Below, in pieces: positions 1 to 9,007 of a stretch of 64,000 nt of DNA. The notes beneath the pieces are model-generated. The model saw nothing but the letters and a program-made list of their open reading frames with translations. It was not told the DNA's origin and searched no databases. Numbering within the stretch: the first letter of the stretch is position 1; every line of letters begins with the position of its first letter. The stretch is from Candidatus Binatia bacterium (lineage in GTDB: Bacteria; Desulfobacterota; Binatia; Bin18): the NCBI GenBank assembly GCA_963664395.2, contig OY761159.2, forward strand, positions 704,001 to 768,000, in the 5' to 3' direction. The translations under genes were made by a program, and so were the position numbers.

Positions 1-227
1 GCATCGAATAAACCTGGCGGGGCCCCCCGACGTGGGGCCCTGTGCCAAACCTCCCTCCTCGGCTCCTGTGGGCAGCAACCCATTACGGCCCTCCAAGCAG
101 CACGCCCCGCTCATTCACCCCTCCGGCTTTTCAGAGTCATCCCGACCGCTTTGCAGGGTTTCCCCTGACACCGCTCTTCCTCCTGATCCACATCTCCGTA
201 TATCCTGAAGCGCTACGGAGGATATCA

Positions 228-2402
228 TTGCGAAGAAAAAGTTCTCATTTTATATTGCTCCACGCCGTTGTCAGAGTCGTTGCGCTGAGTCTCTTGTCCG
301 CCACGCTGGTCCTGGCCCAATCTTCGCCGCCCATCTCATTACCGAAAATCGAAGTGCGCGGCACAACGCCGTTGATGAGCACCCCCGTAGCGCGTGAGCA
401 AGTACCGGCCAATGTGCAAACCATAACCAGCGAGCAGATTGCGAAACGCGGCGCACTCAATCTGACCGACATCCTGTCACGCGAGTTGGGCGGGGTGAAT
501 CTGAATCATGTCCAAAACAACCCGTTCCAGCCTGATGTCACCTACCGTGGTTTTACCAGCTCCTTTCTCATTGGTACGCCGCCGGGACTGAGTGTCTTTG
601 TCGATGGCGTCCGCGTCAACGAGCCCCTGGCCGATCAAGTCAATTGGGATTTGATTCCGACTGATGCCATTGATCGTCTTGAACTCATCCCCGGCTCAAA
701 TCCGGTCTATGGTCGGAATACGCTTGGCGGGACCATTGTGATGCAAACCAAACGTGGCTTTACGCATCCGGGGACAACCGCAGAGGTGTGGGGCGGGAGT
801 TTTGCCCGCTATCGGACATTGCTTCAGCACGGGGGCAGTCACGACAATTTTGACTATTTTGTGTCGGGCAATCTCTTTCTCGAAGATGGCTATCGAGATT
901 TCTCAAAAAGCCACGTCGGCCAGTTATTCGGCAAGGTCGGCTATCTGGGGACACAAGACGATTTCTCTCTCTCCCTGACCCATGTGAATAACAAGTTGAC
1001 CGGCAACGGCCCGCTACCCGAAGGACGGCTCAAACGTGACCGCTCCGCGGTGTTCACCCATCCCGATATTTTCAAACCCGACCTGTGGTTTCTGAGCAGC
1101 CAATACCAGCGTGACTTCGGCTCTGGCTTCTCGCTATCGACTAATCTGCATGGCCGCCTTTTGGATGTGGACCAGTTCAATCTTGACGTAGAAGAAACCC
1201 TGGATGCTCGGACCAACCAGAAAGGCTGGGGCGGAGCGCTGCAACTGGCGTATCACGGCACGCTGTGGGAACGACCGGTCTCGGTCACGCTTGGCGGAGA
1301 CTATATCGGGGCGCGCCTTGACCATCTGATCGGGGAGCAGGAAGAGCAAGGAGACGGGGACGCCGGCTTTGAGGTTGTCACCAACGTCAAAACCGAAACC
1401 CATGCCGGCGGCCCGTTTTTCACCATCACCGCCCAACCGATTGATAAGCTGACGCTGACCGTGTCCGGGCGCTATGAGGTCACCCATCTCACCATTACAG
1501 ACCGACTCGCCGGACGTGGAGACGATGACGACGAAGAGGCGGGAACGGATGCCAGTGGCAACCACACCTTTGATCGGTTTAATCCCGCAGTGGGGACGAC
1601 TTATGCCTTCACCGAACATCTGAGCCTGTACGCCGGGTATAGTGAGAGCTACCGCGCGCCGACCGCCATTGAACTCACCTGTGCCAATCCCGAAGCGCCC
1701 TGCCCGGTGCCAGCCGCGATTGTGGATGATCCGCCCCTGGACGCGGTGCAGGGAAAGACCTGGGAGACGGGAGTACGCTGGGCCTTTCCCCCGCATATTG
1801 ATGCGACCCTGGCCTTCTTTCGGACGGATCTCAAAGACGACATCTTGTTCCGCAACGAACCGGAAAGTCGAGTGCTGGGATTTTTTCAGAATGTGGATGC
1901 CACTCGTCGCCAGGGTATCGAACTCCTCTTGCGCGGAGTGTGGCGTTGGGGCAACTGGTTTCTGAATTACACCGTAACGGATGCCACGTTTGGGGATGAT
2001 ATCGAACTGTTTACGTTCGCCAATGAAGAGCGCATAGCATTGGTACGCGACGGCGACCGTCTGCCGCTGGTCCCGCCACACCGGGTCAATGGCGGCATCG
2101 AGTTCTTCATCGGCTCTCAGTTACGGCTGAGCCTGGACGGGGCCTATGTGGATGGACAGCGGCTGCGGGGCGATGAGGCCAATCAACGTAGTCGGCTGGA
2201 CCCGTATTTTGTGGCCAATGCCATAGTTGAATATAACTATAAGAATTTCGATATTTTTCTGCGGCTCGAAAACCTGTTTGCCGAAGAATACGAAAGCTAC
2301 GGCGCGTATTTTGAGAATGTCGTGGACGGAACCGGCGTCGAGCGCTTCATGAGCCCAGGCGCACCCTTGGCCGTCTTCAGCGGCGTGCGGGTGAAATTCT
2401 GA
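228..2402 (+). CDS. TonB-dependent outer-membrane receptor (resembles the LutH-like family of methylotroph xoxF/PQQ loci)
   Basis: GGAGG RBS then TTG at 228 (in frame with ORF 42..2402). Signal peptide ending LVLAQ, plug motifs (RGF...VDGVRVN, YGRNTLGG), ENLF..Y box and C-terminal Phe. Confidence 0.9.
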   Translation: MRRKSSHFILLHAVVRVVALSLLSATLVLAQSSPPISLPKIEVRGTTPLMSTPVAREQVPANVQTITSEQIAKRGALNLTDILSRELGGVNLNHVQNNPFQPDVTYRGFTSSFLIGTPPGLSVFVDGVRVNEPLADQVNWDLIPTDAIDRLELIPGSNPVYGRNTLGGTIVMQTKRGFTHPGTTAEVWGGSFARYRTLLQHGGSHDNFDYFVSGNLFLEDGYRDFSKSHVGQLFGKVGYLGTQDDFSLSLTHVNNKLTGNGPLPEGRLKRDRSAVFTHPDIFKPDLWFLSSQYQRDFGSGFSLSTNLHGRLLDVDQFNLDVEETLDARTNQKGWGGALQLAYHGTLWERPVSVTLGGDYIGARLDHLIGEQEEQGDGDAGFEVVTNVKTETHAGGPFFTITAQPIDKLTLTVSGRYEVTHLTITDRLAGRGDDDDEEAGTDASGNHTFDRFNPAVGTTYAFTEHLSLYAGYSESYRAPTAIELTCANPEAPCPVPAAIVDDPPLDAVQGKTWETGVRWAFPPHIDATLAFFRTDLKDDILFRNEPESRVLGFFQNVDATRRQGIELLLRGVWRWGNWFLNYTVTDATFGDDIELFTFANEERIALVRDGDRLPLVPPHRVNGGIEFFIGSQLRLSLDGAYVDGQRLRGDEANQRSRLDPYFVANAIVEYNYKNFDIFLRLENLFAEEYESYGAYFENVVDGTGVERFMSPGAPLAVFSGVRVKF

Positions 2403-2426
2403 GGAAAGGAGCGGCTGCGCCCGTCC

Positions 2427-3587
2427 TCAGATACTGAAATCAAGCAGATTGTAATCCTTCATCCCAGCCTTGGCTTCCTCGTCCCAGCAGCAGTGCTCTC
2501 CCGATTTAACAAAGGGCTTATAGGGAAACGGCGTTTCGGCCGGGAAGCGCTGTCGGCGCGCATCGATGGCATAGCCGATCACACGCGAACGGGTACGGAT
2601 ACGTTCTGCATCGTACACTGCCGGTGCGCTATGAATTCCTCCACCGTTTACCCCAAGTACTGACGCACGGCGATGAAAGCCGAAGTTCACCGTGACGCGC
2701 CAGTCCGGACTGGTATTCGCAAATGAACAATGTAGTAATTGTCGGTTGGAGATGACCACATCACCCGGATTACACACCATGGGAACGGCGTCGGGCAGTC
2801 GCTCCGAGCCTGCCTCGGCAACCCTCTTCGGGATATCTACATGGCCGATTTTATGTGTCCCCGGCACGACCCACACCCCGTTTGCCGGGGTGCAGCCGTA
2901 GAGCTGAGCCATGAAGTTAAAGCCGTGACTTCCCTGGTCCCACGCAGGACTCTCCCAATGCGTCGTACCATCCTGATGCCAGGCGACCGAAGCCCCTTTG
3001 CCCGGCTCTTTGATGAACAGCGCCTCGGTGAACGGAACAAAATCCTCACCGTTGACCGCCTCTGCCACGGCTAACAGGTGCGGATGGGCAGAGGTTCACA
3101 GGCTGGCTTCGGAAAATTGCAGAGAACCGATAATGAGATAGACAATTTCTTGGGGGAGGTCAGCAGCCGGGGTGGGCTCCAGCATCTTTACCGGATGGCG
3201 ACCGTTGGCGAGATCGGTACCACCAAAAGGATCACCGAGCGGTTTGGACCAGAACAGCGTCGTCGCCTCACACTCAGCCGCCAGGGCCGGGCGACCCTGG
3301 GCGTCGAGCGCAGCCCCCCGCTCGGTCGGAAGGCGTTCCAGGATATCGAACAGGTCGGCTTCGATATCGTTCAGTTCCTCTTCCCTGAGCACCCCTTCGA
3401 AGACATAAAAGCCATATTTCCAATAGGCAGCCAAGATGTCGGTGTGGACCCGACCATCGGCTTGAAACCGAATCGGGCCGCGATTATCGAGCGCGTAGGC
3501 CCGTTTCTCCCCTTTACGCAGATACGTCTGCATGGCCGCTTCAGCGCTCCCATAATCGCCCGTTGTCACATCGCTCACTGCCTGCAT
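2427..3587 (-). pseudogene. Phytanoyl-CoA dioxygenase (PhyH) family Fe(II)/2OG oxygenase interrupted by one in-frame TGA at 3096-3098
   Basis: ORFs 3096..3608 and 2427..3068 share a frame and read [25 protein letters not shown] motif and distal His (LLHCS) are present. ATG at 3587 follows GGAGG. Confidence 0.8.
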
Positions 3588-3770
3588 GTCTGCCTCCGTT
3601 CTTTGCATCCGTCACTTAATATGCGCTTCTCAGTCCCCATACAACCTTGGCTAAGCCGCCGGTTGGCTTCCCCGTCCCGATTCCGTTTCGTAGGAACTAT
3701 ACAACGGTTCGGGAAAATCACGCTTTGGTACTACGGAATCGTGAACTGCTCGTGGAGGTTGTGTTGCCGG

Positions 3771-3911
3771 CTGGCCGAGGTGGCGCGGCATTACCTGAGC
3801 CGGGCGCACGGCGAAGCCCGGGGCAACAAGTCCGCGGCGTGCAAACTGGTCGGCCTGCCGAACTATCAGACATTTACGAACTGGATGAAAAAACATGGGG
3901 TCGAGGAGTAA
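3771..3911 (+). pseudogene. Orphan C-terminal Fis-type HTH remnant of a sigma54 enhancer-binding regulator
   Basis: [43 protein letters not shown] matches the GNKxxAAxLLG HTH tail. There is no AAA+ domain or plausible start upstream. Confidence 0.65.
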
Positions 3912-3981
3912 GAGTCATACTTGCTCTTCTGACGTTCAAGCCGTGTGACATCGCTGCCGCGATTATGGTAGCCTGCCGCCC

Positions 3982-4281
3982 ATGAAAGAATCTCCCCTGT
4001 CCGAGACGAACCGTCGGGCCTACTGGCGTCAGAACCTGACTATTGTCGCGGCCTTGCTGAGCGTCTGGTTCGTGGTGTCTTTTGTCGTCTCGATCATCTT
4101 CGTTGACAGCCTGAACGACATCCGCATAGGCAGCTTTCGGCTGGGCTTCTGGATGGCCCAGCAGGGCTCGCTGTACGTCTTCGTGGTGCTGATTTTCGTC
4201 TATGTGTGGCTGATGAATCGTCTGGACCGGGCCTATGGCGTTGAAGAGCCGGAGGCCGAGGACACAGGGGCGGCCCGGTGA
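3982..4281 (+). CDS. DUF4212/DUF485-type small subunit of a solute:Na+ symporter
   Basis: AYWRQNL...LGFWMAQQGS...Y..LMNRLD..YGV, two transmembrane segments. Confidence 0.85.
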   Translation: MKESPLSETNRRAYWRQNLTIVAALLSVWFVVSFVVSIIFVDSLNDIRIGSFRLGFWMAQQGSLYVFVVLIFVYVWLMNRLDRAYGVEEPEAEDTGAAR

Positions 4282-4345
4282 TGGACGTGCTGCCGACCGG
4301 TCCGGTTACAACCCGGACCTTCGTTGGCGTTTGAGACGAGAGAAC

Positions 4346-5344
4346 TTAGTTTGGCACCCAGGCGAGGGCCCGGACTTCACCAAACTCTCGCTCCGATTTG
4401 TTCCACGACGCACCACCGTCCTGACTGGTGTAGACATAGCCGTGCAGGCTGTTGGCCACAATAAAGTCGGGATCTGCCGGATTCGTGGCAAACCAATACA
4501 TGGTTGAGTTTGGCACGACGGGTAGAGGGGCGGCCTGCCATGTTTGCCCGCCATCGGTCGAACGCTGGATGGCCCCGACCTTGCCCGGAACGAAATCTCC
4601 ATTCCCCACAAACATCACGTTTGGATCATCGGCCTTCAGCGCCACGCCACGACAATACGAGATGCCCCGATCAGAGAAACGTGGGAAACCGTGCAGCGAC
4701 CAACTCTGGCCTTCGTCCGTGCTGGTCCAAATACCATCCGGGGTGGTGGCGATGATTTTTCGGTGCGGCTCAGGGCTGATGGTCAGACCGTGGATATCCT
4801 GGTTCAGCTCGCTGTCGCCCAAGGCGGGCAGATGCTCCCAGGTGTCGCCGCCATCGAGACTCCGATGGATACCGTCGATCTCAACACTCGCCCAGACCGT
4901 GCCAGGGTCGCGCGGATCAAAAAGGAGGTTGGTGACCTTGGGCGCTCCGGCGAGGCACCGCTCGGCCGCATTGATGGGCAGTTCTTCCCAGTTCTGACCA
5001 CCGTCCTTGGTGCGGAATACGCACGGCGGTTTGGTCCCGACAAGAATGACGTCCGGATCGTCAGGATGAACGGCAATAGACCAGATTTGTTTTCCATCTG
5101 TGGGAGATTCTACCAGGTCCCAGACCGCGCCTTTGTCCTCGCTCCGATACAGCCCCACCTCAGAGCCGGCATACACCACGTTGGGGTTGTGCGGAGACAC
5201 AACCAGCGCACGAATTTGGATTTCCCCTGGTTCGGCATGGAACGGCAGCTTCATACGACTCCGCCGCCAGCGTGCGCCACTATCCGAGCTATACCACACC
5301 CCAGCGCCAACGGTTCCGACACAAATGGTATGTCCATTGTCCAT
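4346..5344 (-). CDS. BNR/Asp-box repeat beta-propeller protein
   Basis: Repeated SxDxGxxW Asp boxes. AAGGAGG RBS before ATG at 5344. Confidence 0.85.
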   Translation of the reverse strand: MDNGHTICVGTVGAGVWYSSDSGARWRRSRMKLPFHAEPGEIQIRALVVSPHNPNVVYAGSEVGLYRSEDKGAVWDLVESPTDGKQIWSIAVHPDDPDVILVGTKPPCVFRTKDGGQNWEELPINAAERCLAGAPKVTNLLFDPRDPGTVWASVEIDGIHRSLDGGDTWEHLPALGDSELNQDIHGLTISPEPHRKIIATTPDGIWTSTDEGQSWSLHGFPRFSDRGISYCRGVALKADDPNVMFVGNGDFVPGKVGAIQRSTDGGQTWQAAPLPVVPNSTMYWFATNPADPDFIVANSLHGYVYTSQDGGASWNKSEREFGEVRALAWVPN

Positions 5345-5538
5345 GTTTCCCCTCCTTGGAATGCCGCGGATACTTTTCAACAATTACGGCATAGCACTCC
5401 CAGGCCAAAGTGCAAAGATGTGTGTGCTGCAAAGACGTATGGGGGCGGTCTCTTTCCCCGGCGAAGCATACCGGGATATCTTTCCATGCGGCGAACTGGA
5501 TAATGAGGCCGAGGCTATACCAGCCAGAGGAGCGCGCT

Positions 5539-6345
5539 ATGGCAGAAAATAATAGTGGGGATACCCGCGTCGATGTCTATCTCATTTGTAATGCCAAATA
5601 TCATGACACAAACTTTGCTCGACTTGAATTGCTCAAACTCCTCGCCGAACACGAGGACGTGTATGTCCGGGTCGCCGAAGATTACCGGGATCATGAGGCC
5701 ATTCAGCAGTCCACGCTCCTCATCACCTATACCTGCGATGTGTGCCCAACACTGGAGCAACAGGAGGGTCTCAAGCAGTTTCTCAGCAGTGGCGGTCGCT
5801 GGTTTGCCCTGCATGGTACGAGTGCACTGCTGGAGTTTGTCGGAGAAAGCCTGGAGACCGACGGCATTGTGATTCCAGGCAAGGTCGATACGCCCCGGAA
5901 GGCACCAGCGTTGTCTGACATGCTGGGCAACCATTTTGTGTCGCATCCACCCATTCAGCCTATTCACATCACGGTCGCCGACCCCAGCCATCCAATCGTC
6001 CACGGTATTGAACCGTTCGAGGTGACGGATGAGCCGTATTACTGCGAATTTTATGGTGAAATTCATACCCTGCTGGAGTCGCGCTATAGCGCAAAATCGG
6101 AGGGCTATGTACGCGAAGACCTGGGCAATGACGACCCGCGCCCGCAGCTCTATCTGCATCCGTACGGCCAGGGTGAAGTCCTGTACCTGACGCTCGGGCA
6201 CTGTCGCGGTAAATATGACATGCAGCCCCTTATGCCCGTCTGCTCTGTTGAGCGCTGTGCGTGGGAGTCGCCGGTGTACTATGAATTGCTCAGACGCGGC
6301 ATCCGCTGGGGTAGCGGTCAGCTTGGGCACCGAGAGCGGCACTGA
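5539..6345 (+). CDS. ThuA-like (class I glutamine amidotransferase fold) domain protein
   Basis: GGRWFALHG, FVSHPP, DEPY and GEVLYLTLGH motifs. GAGGAG RBS before ATG at 5539. Confidence 0.85.
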   Translation: MAENNSGDTRVDVYLICNAKYHDTNFARLELLKLLAEHEDVYVRVAEDYRDHEAIQQSTLLITYTCDVCPTLEQQEGLKQFLSSGGRWFALHGTSALLEFVGESLETDGIVIPGKVDTPRKAPALSDMLGNHFVSHPPIQPIHITVADPSHPIVHGIEPFEVTDEPYYCEFYGEIHTLLESRYSAKSEGYVREDLGNDDPRPQLYLHPYGQGEVLYLTLGHCRGKYDMQPLMPVCSVERCAWESPVYYELLRRGIRWGSGQLGHRERH

Positions 6346-6389
6346 GAGCGACTAAGGTGGCCTAGTGTTTTTTCAGAGGGTAGATTAGG

Positions 6390-7112
6390 GTGAGGGTAAT
6401 GGCTGCATCAATCGATCACGTTGCTCAGAATTCTCTCATCCGTAAAATCCAAAAACTACTCCAACTCAGCCGTGATGAAGCCGCGACCGAGCACGAAGCT
6501 GCCCTGGCTGCCGCTAAAGTTCATCAGATCCTGGCCACCTACAATCTCTCGTTGACAGAGGTTGAGGCACAAGGCCCACAGAGCGAACACACTATGCGGG
6601 TCGAAGGCTGGAAAACGAGCCGCCTGCCCCCGTGGGAAAGGCTGCTCTGGCTCGCGACCTGCAAACTGTATTTTTGTTGTTCAACCCTATCTGTGGGCCG
6701 GTCGTTTATCATTGGTCGATTTCACAATACCGTTGTCGCTAAAGAAATGCTGATCTATCTCATTCAAACCGTCCAGCGCTTACGCAAGGAGCATTACGGC
6801 AAAGGGCGGCGCTTCTTGGATTCCTTTGCCTATGGCTGTGCCCAGTCCATCACTGCCAAGATCAAAGGATTGATCGCCGAACGAGAGCCAGCCGCAGTCG
6901 AGACAACTTTACCTGCGGTGCGGGAAAACTATCGCGACGAGGTCTACACCTATCTGGCTGACCAAGGGACGCGCCTTCGCAGACTGTCCGGCACCACACG
7001 CTCGCTGAAGGTCGATCCTGAGGGCTATGCGGCCGGACAGGTGGCCGGAGAGACGGTTGGGCTTGACCCGCAGCTCTATAGCAGCCAGGGGTGCAGCCCG
7101 CTGCTCGGGTGA
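6390..7112 (+). CDS. DUF2786 domain protein
   Basis: IRKIQKLLQLS...EHEAALAAAKVHQILATYNLS N-terminus and C-terminal GYAAGQVAG. Confidence 0.8.
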   Translation: MRVMAASIDHVAQNSLIRKIQKLLQLSRDEAATEHEAALAAAKVHQILATYNLSLTEVEAQGPQSEHTMRVEGWKTSRLPPWERLLWLATCKLYFCCSTLSVGRSFIIGRFHNTVVAKEMLIYLIQTVQRLRKEHYGKGRRFLDSFAYGCAQSITAKIKGLIAEREPAAVETTLPAVRENYRDEVYTYLADQGTRLRRLSGTTRSLKVDPEGYAAGQVAGETVGLDPQLYSSQGCSPLLG

Positions 7113-7118
7113 AATAAT

Positions 7119-7150
7119 AAGGGCGGATACGATCTCTCGCATCCGCCCTT
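7119..7150. terminator. Hairpin between convergent genes (putative bidirectional terminator)
   Basis: AAGGGCGGAT-N12-ATCCGCCCTT perfect inverted repeat. Confidence 0.6.
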
Positions 7151-7175
7151 CTCTACAGTCAAAAAGAATTTGCGC

Positions 7176-8888
7176 TTACCGCTGAGCCAACGGCCCGCGC
7201 AACAACTGTCCGGGCAGCGCACCGGTATGCTCGTTTTCACGCAGGACTACTTGGCCATTGACGACCGAAGCCAGAAAACCCGCGGCTTTCTGTTTGAGCC
7301 GCCGCGCGCCGGCGGGCAGATCATAGGTCAGCTCCGGCATCATCGGACCCACCGTTTCCGGGTCGAAGACCACGACGTCCGCGGTCATCCCTTCACGCAG
7401 CAGGCCGCGTCCGTGCAAGCCCCACTGGGAAGCCGGCACGAAGGTGAGCTGCCGGACCGCGGCTTCGAGGGTGATTTCTTGCTTCTCGCGCACCCAATGA
7501 CTCAGCACATGGGTCTGTAAGGACGAGTCCATAATCTGAGAAACGTGGGCACCGGAGTCAGAGAACGTGATCACTGAACGCGGGTGCTTCATCATCTCCA
7601 ACACATGCTCCTGGTTCTCATTGGCCAGCGGTTGCAGGAAGAACTGCTTGAGGTTTTTCTCCAGCGCCAGATCGATGAAGGTCTCGATCGGGTCCTGGTT
7701 CCGCTCTGTGGCAATTTCCGCGATGGAGCGGTGGGGCGGGTTGGGCTGGTCCATTAAGAACAACCATTCGAAATTCGCCGCCCGGGCTTCGGGACCGACT
7801 CCCCGGTTGCCGTCGTCTTCTTGGGTGTGGGCCTCTTCAACCAGTTTGCGCCGGTAGTCGGGATTCCGCAGGGCAGCTTCTTTCTCTTCGAGTGACGCCA
7901 TCTTCTTGAGCGCGCGCCAGGTTGGCAGCCGGTCGAACGGCGTATTGGTCTGGAAGGACAGGACCGCATTCAGCGCGCGGCTGTGCACCTGCAGGAACAT
8001 GCGGCCACCCGCGGCTGCGGTTTCGTCGGTTAAATCAAGATAGGGCTGCCAGCAGTCCGGCGCACGGCGCATGCTGAACATGCCGTAGGTCACCGGGACT
8101 CCGGTATCGACCGCCAGAGCCTTGAGACGATCCATGTATTCACGGATGCGCTCCGGGTTCTGGCCCGTGTCTTCTCCGGCGATTTCAAAGATGCCGGCTC
8201 CCATTTCACCCATAGTGCCGACCAACTGCCGGACCTCATCCCAGGTGGCGAGCCGGCTGGCAACCGGCTGTCGCTGCGGAGTCTGGTGGTTGCGGGTGCG
8301 CGAGGTGGTGAACCCCATCGCGCCGGCCTGAATCGCTTCACGCACCGCCTGTTTCATGCGTTCCAAATCCTGCTCAGTGGCCGGGTCGGTAAAGGCGCGC
8401 TCGCCCATCACATGGGTCCGCAGGGCGGAATGCCCCATATAGGCGGCATAGTTAATGCCTTTGGGCAGACGCTCAACAGAATCCAGATACTCAGGAAAAG
8501 TCTCCCAGGTCCATTTGATACCGGCATTCATGGCCTCGGGCGCAATGTCCTCGGCCCGCTCCAGGTTGCGCATGACCATGTCCTTTTCGCTCTCCTTACA
8601 CGGCGCGAGCGAAAATCCGCAGTTGCCCATCACCACGCTGGTAATGCCGTGCCAGCATGAACACGTTCCGAGCGGGTCCCAGGAGACTTGGGCATCCATA
8701 TGGGTGTGGCCATCGATAAAACCGGGGGTGACGACGTGACCTTCGGCGTCAATCGTCTCTTGTGCACTGTCGCGAATGCGGCCAATCGAAGCGATTTTCC
8801 CATCCACGATACCCACATCGGAGCGGAACCGGGGCATGCCCGAGCCGTCAATGACGGTTCCATTTTTAATAATCAGATCGTACTGCAT
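7176..8888 (-). CDS. N-acyl-D-amino-acid deacylase family amidohydrolase (copy 1)
   Basis: PGFIDGHTHMD, GNCGFSLAP and SDSGAH motifs. AAGGAG RBS before MQYDL. Confidence 0.9.
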   Translation of the reverse strand: MQYDLIIKNGTVIDGSGMPRFRSDVGIVDGKIASIGRIRDSAQETIDAEGHVVTPGFIDGHTHMDAQVSWDPLGTCSCWHGITSVVMGNCGFSLAPCKESEKDMVMRNLERAEDIAPEAMNAGIKWTWETFPEYLDSVERLPKGINYAAYMGHSALRTHVMGERAFTDPATEQDLERMKQAVREAIQAGAMGFTTSRTRNHQTPQRQPVASRLATWDEVRQLVGTMGEMGAGIFEIAGEDTGQNPERIREYMDRLKALAVDTGVPVTYGMFSMRRAPDCWQPYLDLTDETAAAGGRMFLQVHSRALNAVLSFQTNTPFDRLPTWRALKKMASLEEKEAALRNPDYRRKLVEEAHTQEDDGNRGVGPEARAANFEWLFLMDQPNPPHRSIAEIATERNQDPIETFIDLALEKNLKQFFLQPLANENQEHVLEMMKHPRSVITFSDSGAHVSQIMDSSLQTHVLSHWVREKQEITLEAAVRQLTFVPASQWGLHGRGLLREGMTADVVVFDPETVGPMMPELTYDLPAGARRLKQKAAGFLASVVNGQVVLRENEHTGALPGQLLRGPLAQR

Positions 8889-9007
8889 TCTCTCTCCTTC
8901 TTGTGAAACGGCCGTCAAGCTGACGGGGTTTTCTCACTATGACGAGTTATGGGATACTGCTGCCAAGGATTTGTCAACCTGTCGGAGGAATGCTACGAGG
9001 GGTCATC

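Noticed and set aside
1-227. Riboswitch or regulatory leader peptide upstream of the TonB receptor; ORF extension to position 42
   Set aside because: No recognisable cobalamin or TPP motifs. A frame open over 1-168 lacks a RAPP-type arrest motif. The RBS and signal peptide favour a start at 228.
1134-2081. Long antisense ORFs (also 4544..5503, 23923..25053, 40212..41198, 56693..57589 and others)
   Set aside because: Shadow frames of well-supported genes in GC-rich DNA, with no motifs.
3078-3911. 277-aa plus-strand ORF as a real gene
   Set aside because: Mostly antisense to the PhyH gene; only the last ~46 codons look protein-like.
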